DNA of 24,000 bases from an uncultured delta proteobacterium (GTDB lineage Bacteria; Desulfobacterota; Desulfobulbia; Desulfobulbales; Desulfobulbaceae): assembly GCA_963733595.1 (NCBI GenBank), contig CAVTDN010000001.1, forward strand, positions 61,088 through 85,087, written 5' to 3'. Each line of letters opens with the position of its first letter. Positions within the stretch are counted from its first letter, which is position 1. The notes under the pieces were generated by a model. It was not told the DNA's origin. It worked only from the letters and a program-made list of their open reading frames with translations, and did no database searches. Position numbers and translations under genes: made by a program. This document shows, piece by piece, positions 17,056 to 24,000 of the stretch.

Positions 17056-17718
17056 TTAATATTTTATCAGTCCTGTTTTTGTAATAACAGTCTTTGCCGA
17101 CACCCTGGGGGCATTGGCAAGATTCCAGACTGTATAAAGTTCCGGGAAAAGAGAATCTGCAGACAAACCATCAACCGGAACTATCACATTCATTCCTCTC
17201 AAAGCAGCGCCACTTGCCGTATAAAGAACAGCACCGTGCGCCGCCGTACCGGTCACAACAACCGTCTCTATCTTCTTTTCCTTCAATATCTTCTCAAGGT
17301 CGGTGTTGAGAAACTTATCAGGCCCGGAAGTAACCACTGGCTCCCCCGTTATCGGTGCAAGTTCTGCCGCAATGTCTTTAACCTCGGCGCCTGGAGAGAG
17401 GCTGTAGACGACTGAAACACCCTTTGATCGAGCGTCACCGAGGAGTTTCTTTACCGCCGGAATTGATTCGATACAACGGGGTCGGTTTTTCATATTGCAT
17501 GTCTGTGAATTGAAATCCAGTAAAAGCAAAGCGGTTGTGGCGGGATTGATATTGATCTCTTTCAACTCTGGCGGAGGAGGTATCTTCACTTCACTCCACT
17601 GATCAACGATTGTCTGTGCCTGCCCAGCATAGATGCCGCCACCGGCAACAAAACTCATGATTACGAATACAGTGACAAGTGCGGCAAGCCTTGCGGTTGC
17701 GTTGAAAAGATTTCTCAT
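17056..17718 (-). CDS. Exported isochorismatase-family (cysteine-hydrolase fold) protein
   Basis: 220 aa from the ATG at 17718, with a GGAGGT site 6 nt upstream. The ORF-track start at 18033 is rejected. Signal peptide MRNLFNATARLAALVTVFVIMSFVAGGGIYA. Family blocks: TALLLLDFNSQ, GPDKFLNTDLEKILKEKKIETVVVTGTAAHGAVLYTASGAALRG and VIVPVDGLSA. Confidence 0.75.
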   Translation of the reverse strand: MRNLFNATARLAALVTVFVIMSFVAGGGIYAGQAQTIVDQWSEVKIPPPPELKEININPATTALLLLDFNSQTCNMKNRPRCIESIPAVKKLLGDARSKGVSVVYSLSPGAEVKDIAAELAPITGEPVVTSGPDKFLNTDLEKILKEKKIETVVVTGTAAHGAVLYTASGAALRGMNVIVPVDGLSADSLFPELYTVWNLANAPRVSAKTVITKTGLIKY

Positions 17719-18146
17719 AACAATACCTCCAATAAGTTGAGAGCGCTTATCATACCACTGACTGAAATGATTAATATATTGTATGTTTTTAACACATTTT
17801 ATGTAGACTGCCACGCATATTATTTGGGTTTGTAATTGAATCAGCCTGTTCCTGTGATATCGAATGCTGTATCGACCGCCTCCAGTAGCTATATTCTGGC
17901 AGAAGTGGACGATCTTGGGTTGCCTTGATCTGATTGTGCCCTGAAACCCTAGCTTCCTCCTCAGATCGACCTGCTGGAGTGGTGTAGGGAAATCGGACAA
18001 CTTCATTGATTTATCCTTTTTCCGTATCATCACTGCAGATGTCCATATTGCGAAAAGGTTTAAAGGTGCTTATTTGAAAAAACAGATGAGATCTAGCTCT
18101 CTGGAAGACTGAATATTTTATCCTTATTTGAAAGGAGGTTATGCAA

Positions 18147-18500
18147 ATGAATTCCTTATCTCTTTTGATTCAGAAACGTATCTTCCCCGCAATTATCCTT
18201 TTCTTGTCCATGTTACCGGTTCCCCTCTTAGCTGCTCAATACATAGAAGAAGTTTCAACTCAAGAGTTCCTCTTTGCAAAAGGAAGACTTCGTGATGTCT
18301 CTCTCGCGAATCAAACCATAACGATTCAGCAGAAGGATGGACCACGAATCACTGTATTGGTGAATGCAGAAACCGAGTTCAAGGGGTTTGAAAAACTTGG
18401 GGATTTGCAAGGCAATAACGTTATCAAGATCTGGTATCGTCAGGGTCAGCCTGGCAATATTGGCTTGAAAATTCTTAAGCCTCTGGAGCTTGGGTGCTGA
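18147..18500 (+). CDS. Small exported hypothetical protein ending in ...LELGC
   Basis: 117 aa from the second ATG, which is 8 nt after AAAGGAGG; the ATG at 18141 is too close to the site. Signal-peptide-like N-terminus (IFPAIILFLSMLPVPLLAA|QY). The mature part looks beta-rich. The only Cys of the mature protein is the C-terminal residue. No family recognised. Confidence 0.6.
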   Translation: MNSLSLLIQKRIFPAIILFLSMLPVPLLAAQYIEEVSTQEFLFAKGRLRDVSLANQTITIQQKDGPRITVLVNAETEFKGFEKLGDLQGNNVIKIWYRQGQPGNIGLKILKPLELGC

Positions 18501-18538
18501 GTTACTCGGTTTCCCACCGCAAACAAGGAGAGCCTGCC

Positions 18539-19036
18539 ATGAAAAAGATAGCTCAGGTCCTATTCATCCTATTATTGCCTGCCATCTTCGTTCAGTTGAG
18601 CTTTAGTTCGGAAGCAGGAGGCAACATTAATGCCTTGACAGGTGGCAAGGAAATAAAAGCCTATTTTGATGTCACTCTTGCTGAACCGGCGAAACTTCTT
18701 ACCCAATTGCAGATAATTGAAACCACTTACAGCCAGTTGGTTGCGTCAGGATATTCACCTCGTTTTGTTATTGGCATACGCGGCAAGGCGAGTAATTCTT
18801 TCACCCAGAAAGATGATTATGTTCTGGACAAAGATATTCCGTTGAAAAAGCAAATCGCCTTCAGGGTGGAACAGTTTAAAGCCCACGGGGTTAGAATGGA
18901 GGAATGTCGTATTGCCGCTGATATGCAAGAGATACCCGTGGCTGATTTTTTACCCCAGGTGGTGGTTGTCGACAACGGATACATTTCGATGATCAGCTAT
19001 CAGTCGCAAGGTTATTCCTTGGTACCTATTTATTAA
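18539..19036 (+). CDS. Exported DsrE/DsrF-like family protein (COG1416-type)
   Basis: 165 aa from the ATG at 18539 (AAGGAG 8 nt upstream). Signal peptide MKKIAQVLFILLLPAIFVQLSFS. Family-like blocks: KAYFDVT, RFVIGIRGKA, GVRMEECRIAADMQEI and the C-terminal NGYISMISYQSQGYSLVPIY. Assignment is from remembered family features, not a search. Confidence 0.6.
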   Translation: MKKIAQVLFILLLPAIFVQLSFSSEAGGNINALTGGKEIKAYFDVTLAEPAKLLTQLQIIETTYSQLVASGYSPRFVIGIRGKASNSFTQKDDYVLDKDIPLKKQIAFRVEQFKAHGVRMEECRIAADMQEIPVADFLPQVVVVDNGYISMISYQSQGYSLVPIY

Positions 19037-19394
19037 TTTATACTTGCCTCTTTTCAACTGCCTAATCTTCTATAAATGATAAACGGAATTGAACCGCTTT
19101 TTGGACGAATCTCGGCTTTATCTTCCAGAGACTTCTTAACAGTACCGGCACCTCCTTGCAGTGGCAAGATACCATCGGCCAATGTTACTTCCGCCTTGAC
19201 ACGGTTGATGACCTCAAGAAAATGTTTGTCACTGCCAGCTCCGCTAGGGCAATCATCAGGATAGCCACCGCGAAGAGGGCGGCGTTGGCCAGTTACTGAT
19301 CAAACTCTGAGGTGCCTTTCCGATCGCCTTTGAGGGTGGACTGTTACCCGTAATATTCGTCCGCGATTTTCAAGTAACCGGCCAAACAAAAGAA

Positions 19395-19422
19395 AGCACC
19401 TACCCATTTCTGGATAAGTGCT
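19395..19422 (-). terminator. Rho-independent terminator of the TrxR-like gene
   Basis: The - strand reads AGCACTTATCC AGAAAT GGGTAGGTGCT (11-bp stem with two G-U pairs) followed by TTCTTTTGTTT. It lies 52 nt downstream of the stop codon. Confidence 0.8.
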
Positions 19423-19473
19423 CAATTTCGATCAGATATGGGTCTACAGATCAACCCCTCCAATCATTTCCAA

Positions 19474-20385
19474 TCATGCAGTCTTTTTTTGCTTCCTGGC
19501 GTAGGTAGCGGCTTCCATTCCGGCAACACACCCTTCGCCCACGGCCTTCGCCATCTGGTAAGGAGGTCCAACAATGTCGCCTGCGGCATAAATACCGGCA
19601 ATATTAGTTTCCTGTAGCCGGTTGGCGGCAATATATTTGAAAGATTCCGTGTCGAGTTGCACGCCGATTTGGGTGGCAAGTTCCAATGCGCCCTTGGAGC
19701 CCAATTCGATAAAAACGCCTTCGGTTTCAAGGGTTTCTCCGTTTGCCAGCAGTAACGAGGTGACCATCCGGTCGCCATTGATCTGTTTGATCGAACTTGC
19801 AACGCGTTCAACCTTGCTTGCCTTCAATCGTTCGAGCAATTCTTTCGAGACGTTAAGTTCTTCCGCCACCAGATACACCTTGGCTGCATAATCAAGAAGG
19901 GTCAAGGCGCCATCTACTGCTGCGCTGCGGTCGCCAGTGACAGTCACAACTGCTCCCCGATAAAAATTAGCGTCGCAATCCACACAATAGGAAACTCCCC
20001 GCCCAGAAAGTTCTTTTTCCCCGGGAACGCTCAATTTCTTTTTTGATACACCCATACAGAATATTAGGGAACGGGCCGTTATGGACTTGCTGCTTTCCAG
20101 TTCCAAATGAAAAAGCTCGCCTTCCTGGGCAATTTTAAGCACATCTTCAGCGGAAGTTTCTGCCCCGAAAATTTTAGCCTGCTCAAGGCCGACGCGAAGG
20201 AGATCAGCTCCTGTGGTCACGCCGCCGACAAAAGCATAATTCTCGATATGAGCCCAGTAAAGGGCGGAATTCTCGATACGACCAAGCACCAAAACCCGGG
20301 TTTTCTTTCGTGAGGCATGAATGGCGGCCTGAATGCCGGCCGGCCCGGCACCTATGATAACCACATCGTACGTCTGTCCTGACAT
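19474..20385 (-). CDS. Thioredoxin-reductase-like FAD flavoprotein with CxxC but without NAD(P)H-binding motifs
   Basis: 303 aa with an AAGGAG site. FAD motifs: YDVVIIGAGPAGIQAA and IYAAGDIV. The redox CxxC is kept (GVSYCVDCDANFYRG). Aligned by eye to E. coli TrxB, GGGNTA corresponds to TGDRSA and HRRDGFR corresponds to AEELNVS. Confidence 0.85.
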   Translation of the reverse strand: MSGQTYDVVIIGAGPAGIQAAIHASRKKTRVLVLGRIENSALYWAHIENYAFVGGVTTGADLLRVGLEQAKIFGAETSAEDVLKIAQEGELFHLELESSKSITARSLIFCMGVSKKKLSVPGEKELSGRGVSYCVDCDANFYRGAVVTVTGDRSAAVDGALTLLDYAAKVYLVAEELNVSKELLERLKASKVERVASSIKQINGDRMVTSLLLANGETLETEGVFIELGSKGALELATQIGVQLDTESFKYIAANRLQETNIAGIYAAGDIVGPPYQMAKAVGEGCVAGMEAATYARKQKKTA

Positions 20386-20760
20386 GCGCAGCTCCTTGTT
20401 GCTTAAAAAATCGAGGAAGGGTTTGCGTAAACCATGATGCCTTACGGCAACTGAAAATGACTCGTGATTTGTACATCATCTCCAGATCAAGGTCGACAGA
20501 ATTATTGATTTCGTATATGATTTAAGGTTATTGTGATTCGCTTACCCGGTCGGGTCGGCCCTGCATCGAAGGCAGGTGCAATAGGGCACATCCCTATCTT
20601 TTGGCCCGCTTGCAGCTGTTCTGCCGCAACTGACAGATCATCTGCTGAAAAGCGGGTTACGCATTTTTTACACTTATTTGTGCTCCATGGGCCAGGTGAC
20701 AGGTCGTTTATCGCTGGCTGTCGGAAAACCGCAAGATTAACAACAACAAGAAGGAACGTC

Positions 20761-21453
20761 GTGGATTTATCTATTTTCGAAATTATGAAACATGCCGGAA
20801 TGATGGGCAAATTGATCATGTTCATTCTGCTCATTTTTTCGGTCATTTCATGGTCCATCGTCATCATGAAATTTCTCATGTTTAAGAAGGCGCGAAACGC
20901 TTCTTTGGATTTTCTCGATGCGTTTTGGGACAGTAAAACATTGAATGAGGCCTATGAAGCCGCGCGGGAATATCCGCTCAGCCCCGAGGCCACTGTTTTT
21001 GTAACCGGATACAATGAACTGAAAAAGATCAGCGCAGCTCGCAGCACCGGGCAAGGACCGGCTACGCTGGAGATGCAGTTGGCAACCATGGACAACCTCA
21101 AGCGGGCGGTCCGTAAGGCCCAGTTTCTCGAATCCGATCGTTTGGCCAATTCGATTTCCATCCTTGCCACCACCGGCAGCGCCACTCCTTTCATCGGCTT
21201 GTTCGGCACGGTTTGGGGCATCATGGCCTCTTTTCAAAGTATTGGCGAGCGGGGGTCAGCCTCGCTGGCCGTCGTTGCTCCCGGTATTTCGGAGGCACTC
21301 GTGGCCACCGCTGCCGGCCTTGCCGTCGCGATTCCCGCTGTTATTTTCTACAACTATTTTTCCAACAAGGTCGGTGAATTCGATTCCAACGTTGAGAGCT
21401 TCAGCACGGATTTCATCAACTTGATCGAAAGAGACATCCTCACCAGGACGTGA
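20761..21453 (+). CDS. tolQ: Tol-Pal system protein TolQ (MotA/TolQ/ExbB proton channel)
   Basis: 230 aa from the GTG at 20761 (GAAGGA 7 nt upstream). The N-terminus [35 protein letters not shown] aligns with the E. coli TolQ N-terminus. Also has [21 protein letters not shown] and [21 protein letters not shown]. The ORF-track start at 20533 is rejected. Confidence 0.9.
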   Translation: MDLSIFEIMKHAGMMGKLIMFILLIFSVISWSIVIMKFLMFKKARNASLDFLDAFWDSKTLNEAYEAAREYPLSPEATVFVTGYNELKKISAARSTGQGPATLEMQLATMDNLKRAVRKAQFLESDRLANSISILATTGSATPFIGLFGTVWGIMASFQSIGERGSASLAVVAPGISEALVATAAGLAVAIPAVIFYNYFSNKVGEFDSNVESFSTDFINLIERDILTRT

Positions 21454-21457
21454 TCGC

Positions 21458-21883
21458 ATGGGACCTCTAGGAAAAAATAAGGGCAAACGGGGTTTGGTTG
21501 CCGAAATCAACGTCACTCCTCTTGTCGATGTCATGCTTGTATTATTAATCATCTTTATGGTCACCGCACCAATGATGACCCAAGGGCTTGAGGTTGAACT
21601 TCCGGAAGCGACCACCAAGGCACTTCGCCAGCAGGAAGAGCCACTGGTGGTGACGATTAAAAAAGAAGGCGATGTCTATCTCAAAAAAGAAAAAGTTACC
21701 TCCGCTGCCTTACAGCAGCAATTGCGCGACATGTCAGCCGAAGTAAAAAAAGAGGGCATTTATCTCCGTGCCGATAAAAATGTCCCCTACGGCGTGGTGA
21801 CTTTGACCATGGCCGATATTCGTGCCGCTGGTTTTGAGAAGCTGGGCATGATCACTGTACCGGCGGAAAAAGGGAAGCAATAG
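21458..21883 (+). CDS. tolR: Tol-Pal system protein TolR (ExbD/TolR family)
   Basis: 141 aa. [23 protein letters not shown] carries the conserved Asp in the transmembrane helix. Sits directly after tolQ. Confidence 0.9.
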   Translation: MGPLGKNKGKRGLVAEINVTPLVDVMLVLLIIFMVTAPMMTQGLEVELPEATTKALRQQEEPLVVTIKKEGDVYLKKEKVTSAALQQQLRDMSAEVKKEGIYLRADKNVPYGVVTLTMADIRAAGFEKLGMITVPAEKGKQ

Positions 21884-21900
21884 GGACGGGTTGGCCAGCT

Positions 21901-23061
21901 GTGCATTATACTGAGATCGATTTTTATCTTCAGCAGCACGAAGCCGACCGGCGCTGGTGGCTGGCCTCGCTGCTGGCTATTGGGGTGCATATGGCTGTTG
22001 TTTTGATGGTCATGCTCATGCCCTCTCTTTTTGAGACCAGACCCATCATTGAGGAGGTGGTCTCTGTCAGCCTGGTTGCCATGCCAGACGTCGGAGGTGT
22101 TGCGACTCCGCCGTCTTCGGCGACAACTAAAGCCAGTCCGCCAGCAGCCGAGAAAAAAGTGGAGCCACCACCCCCTCCCCCTCCTCCGCCTGAACCGGCT
22201 GCCCCACCAAAGCCTGCAGCGCCGCCTGAACCCGTCAGGCCGCCGCCGAAAGAAAAAGTTGCGGTGGAGCCTCAAACTGCGGCGCCGGAACCTGTTGAAG
22301 CAAAAAATCCGATCTCACTTGCCCCCGATAAGCGGAAAATTAAAAAGACTCAAGATATCAGGCTGGAAGAAGAGAAAGTGAAGGAGCGCGAGCAGGAACA
22401 GCGCAAACTCGAAGAGCGGGAACTGCAGAAAAAGATCGAGGAGCGCAAACGCGAAGCGGATCAACGCAAACAGGAAGAACGCGAGCTGCAGAAAAAGATC
22501 GAAGAGCGCAAGCGCGAGGTCGAGCGCAAGGAAACGCAGCGGCGTGAGGACGAACGACAGAAGCTCGTTGCCCAGGCCAAACTCGAACAGATCAAGGCAG
22601 AAAATGTGGCCCGTGCGGCTGCCGCTGAAGCGCGCGAACTTGCCGCGCAGGCCAACGCTGCCACAGCAGCCGCTGCGGCTGTCCGAGCTGATGCTGCCAG
22701 AAAATCCCAAGCCATGCAAAGTGCTGTTGCAGGCGGCTCCTCAGGCCGACAACACGCCGTATCATTTGCTGAACAGACCTATTGGGGGGTAGTGGCTCAA
22801 CAGGTGAAGCGTTTCTGGGTCTTGCCGGAAATTCGGAAATGGGATGCGGGCCTGCTTGCACAGGTGGTTATTACCATCAATAAAAACGGCGAGGTGACGA
22901 ATATTCAATTCGATCAGCGCTCAAAAGATCCGCTCTTTGACCAGTTGGTGGAAAAAACCATAAAAAGTGCGTCACCGATGCCTCGTTTTCCAGCATTGAT
23001 GCAGCAGGAAACGACTGAAGTCGGGTTTAAATTCAGACCCGGTGAGCTTGGCAATATGTAA
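21901..23061 (+). CDS. tolA: Cell envelope integrity protein TolA
   Basis: 386 aa with a GTG start. Has an N-terminal transmembrane helix (WWLASLLAIGVHMAVVLMVMLM), a Pro-rich spacer (PPPPPPPPEPAAPPKPAAPPEP), a Lys/Glu/Arg-rich coiled-coil region, an Ala-rich helix and a TonB_C/TolA-III-like C-terminus. Position between tolR and tolB supports the call. Confidence 0.85.
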   Translation: MHYTEIDFYLQQHEADRRWWLASLLAIGVHMAVVLMVMLMPSLFETRPIIEEVVSVSLVAMPDVGGVATPPSSATTKASPPAAEKKVEPPPPPPPPPEPAAPPKPAAPPEPVRPPPKEKVAVEPQTAAPEPVEAKNPISLAPDKRKIKKTQDIRLEEEKVKEREQEQRKLEERELQKKIEERKREADQRKQEERELQKKIEERKREVERKETQRREDERQKLVAQAKLEQIKAENVARAAAAEARELAAQANAATAAAAAVRADAARKSQAMQSAVAGGSSGRQHAVSFAEQTYWGVVAQQVKRFWVLPEIRKWDAGLLAQVVITINKNGEVTNIQFDQRSKDPLFDQLVEKTIKSASPMPRFPALMQQETTEVGFKFRPGELGNM

Positions 23062-23127
23062 GAGATCGTGTATATATAAAAAAATTCATTCAACTCATCG
23101 ACAACAATCACCTTTTCACAACCGGTT

Positions 23128-24000
23128 ATGATGTATAAACGACATGTTGCAGCGCTTTTAACAGTGGCCATCTGTTTCTTTTTTTGTTCCTTGCCCAAAG
23201 AGGGCCTTGCAGAGCGGGCATACTTTGACATCACGGCCTCCGATGTTCGAAAAATTAAGGTCGCGGTCCCTAATTTTTCCGGAGATGGGCAGGGACCAGC
23301 CGTAGCGCAATTGCTGGCCAAAGGTTTTGCCCTGCACGGTTTTATCAGCGTTATCGATTCGAGCAGGTATGGCGGCAGCAAGGATGGTGATTGGAAAAGC
23401 CTGGGTGCCGATTATGTTGTCATGGGGCAGGTTGGCAGCGACCCGGCCGGCATCGTGATAGAGGGTCAGATTCTTGACGTTGCCAGCAATAAACTGATGG
23501 CCGGACGGCGCTTTAAAGGATCTGCTGCCCAGCTTGAAGATATGACGCTGCGACTTTGCGATACCTTGATTGAGGATTTCACTGGGGAAATGGGTGTCGC
23601 CAGAACCCGCATGGCTTATGTGTCCGATGCCACCGGCCGGAAAGAGGTCTATGTCACGGACATTCTTGGGCGTCATCCACGCCAGGTGACCCGTCATCGC
23701 GCCCTTTGCGTTTCCCCTCGCTTTACCCCGGATGGCAATTTCCTTGCCTACTCCAGCTACCACAGTGGCAATCAAGATTTATACGTTACCGATCTCCGGC
23801 AGGATGCCGTTACCAGCGTCCTTTCTCGCCGCAAAGGGCTGAATCTAGCCCCCGCCTTTTCACCTGACGGCCGCTCCATGGTGCTCACTCTGAGCAAAGG
23901 AGGAAATCCTGATTTGTATAGCATGGACCGCCAAGGTGAGATTATTCAACAGTTAACTTCCGGCGCTGGAATTAACGTGTCACCCTCCTTTGCTCCCGAT
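23128..24000 (+). CDS. tolB: Tol-Pal system beta-propeller protein TolB (3' end beyond window)
   Basis: Open frame 1 runs from the ATG at 23128 to the window end (291 codons). It is absent from the ORF track because no stop falls in the window. Signal peptide MMYKRHVAALLTVAICFFFCSLP. TolB N-domain segment: VAVPNF...GADYVVMGQV. WD-like PD40 repeats: SPRFTPDGNFLAYSS, APAFSPDGRSMVLT and SPSFAPD. Confidence 0.9.
   Translation, partial: MMYKRHVAALLTVAICFFFCSLPKEGLAERAYFDITASDVRKIKVAVPNFSGDGQGPAVAQLLAKGFALHGFISVIDSSRYGGSKDGDWKSLGADYVVMGQVGSDPAGIVIEGQILDVASNKLMAGRRFKGSAAQLEDMTLRLCDTLIEDFTGEMGVARTRMAYVSDATGRKEVYVTDILGRHPRQVTRHRALCVSPRFTPDGNFLAYSSYHSGNQDLYVTDLRQDAVTSVLSRRKGLNLAPAFSPDGRSMVLTLSKGGNPDLYSMDRQGEIIQQLTSGAGINVSPSFAPD

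Noticed and set aside
17719-18033. 105-codon N-terminal extension of the isochorismatase-like ORF
   Set aside because: The internal ATG at 17718 has a strong GGAGG site and starts a canonical signal peptide. The upstream part lies in AT-rich promoter-like DNA.
19300-19302. Reading the in-frame TGA as selenocysteine to create a 117-codon selenoprotein gene
   Set aside because: The would-be N-terminal 35 codons are Arg-rich and non-protein-like. The ATG lies inside the upstream terminator loop. There is no Cys/Sec redox motif context (no CxxU or UxxC). It is kept only as a low-interest item to test.
20533-20760. 76-codon N-terminal extension of the tolQ ORF, and the antisense 125-aa ORF at 20502-20879
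   Set aside because: The extension is Arg/Cys/Ser-rich junk. The TolQ homology begins exactly at the GTG at 20761, which has a GAAGGA ribosome-binding site.
21787-22861. Several 80-160-aa ORFs on both strands within tolA (for example 21787-22275 -, 22031-22381 +, 22315-22719 -)
   Set aside because: These are products of low-complexity Pro/Ala/Glu/Lys-coding DNA, which keeps all frames open. The TolA frame is supported by its domain order and its tolR/tolB context.
23158-23775. 205-aa - strand ORF
   Set aside because: It is antisense to the tolB frame, which shows a signal peptide and PD40-type repeats. tolB is missing from the ORF track only because it has no stop in the window.

Overview
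This is a chromosomal segment from a Gram-negative bacterium, as shown by the Tol-Pal genes; no finer taxonomic call can be made from the sequence alone. The window has five blocks.

(1) nt 1-6460 is a housekeeping block, all on the + strand. It holds a 5'-truncated methylmalonyl-CoA mutase with a fused B12 domain, the MeaB G-protein chaperone, a 4.5S-type SRP RNA, and dnaX, ybaB and recR in the classic ffs-dnaX-ybaB-recR order.

(2) nt 7083-12079 holds a macro-domain deacetylase, a GGCT/AIG2-like protein, and a hydantoinase/oxoprolinase-family gene broken into three ORFs by a +1 and then a -1 frame change. An HDAC-family amidohydrolase follows, trailed by a start-less Cys-rich ORF in the +1 frame, and then mobB.

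(3) nt 12280-15459 holds two complete insertion sequences side by side. The first is an IS3-family element with a tandemly duplicated 56-bp left end and a T TTT TTA slippery site. The second is an IS630-family element with an A8 slippery run, TA duplication and 28-nt terminal inverted repeats. Each sits inside a small gene.

(4) nt 15460-20385 is a visibly AT-richer accessory segment. It holds a PilZ protein and a decayed copy of the 3' end and terminator of a thioredoxin-reductase-like gene. It also holds an exported isochorismatase-like protein, an exported small protein ending in ...LELGC, and an exported DsrE-like protein. An orphan coding-like remnant and the intact TrxR-like flavoprotein complete it; that flavoprotein keeps CxxC but lacks both NADPH-binding motifs.

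(5) nt 20761-24000 is tolQ-tolR-tolA-tolB, with tolB running off the window.

No rRNA, tRNA or CRISPR array was seen. No recognisable defence system is present. The most hypothesis-worthy material is the exported Cys-terminal protein plus exported DsrE-like pair next to the NADPH-motif-less TrxR-like enzyme. All functional calls rest on motif and sequence recognition by eye, with no database search.
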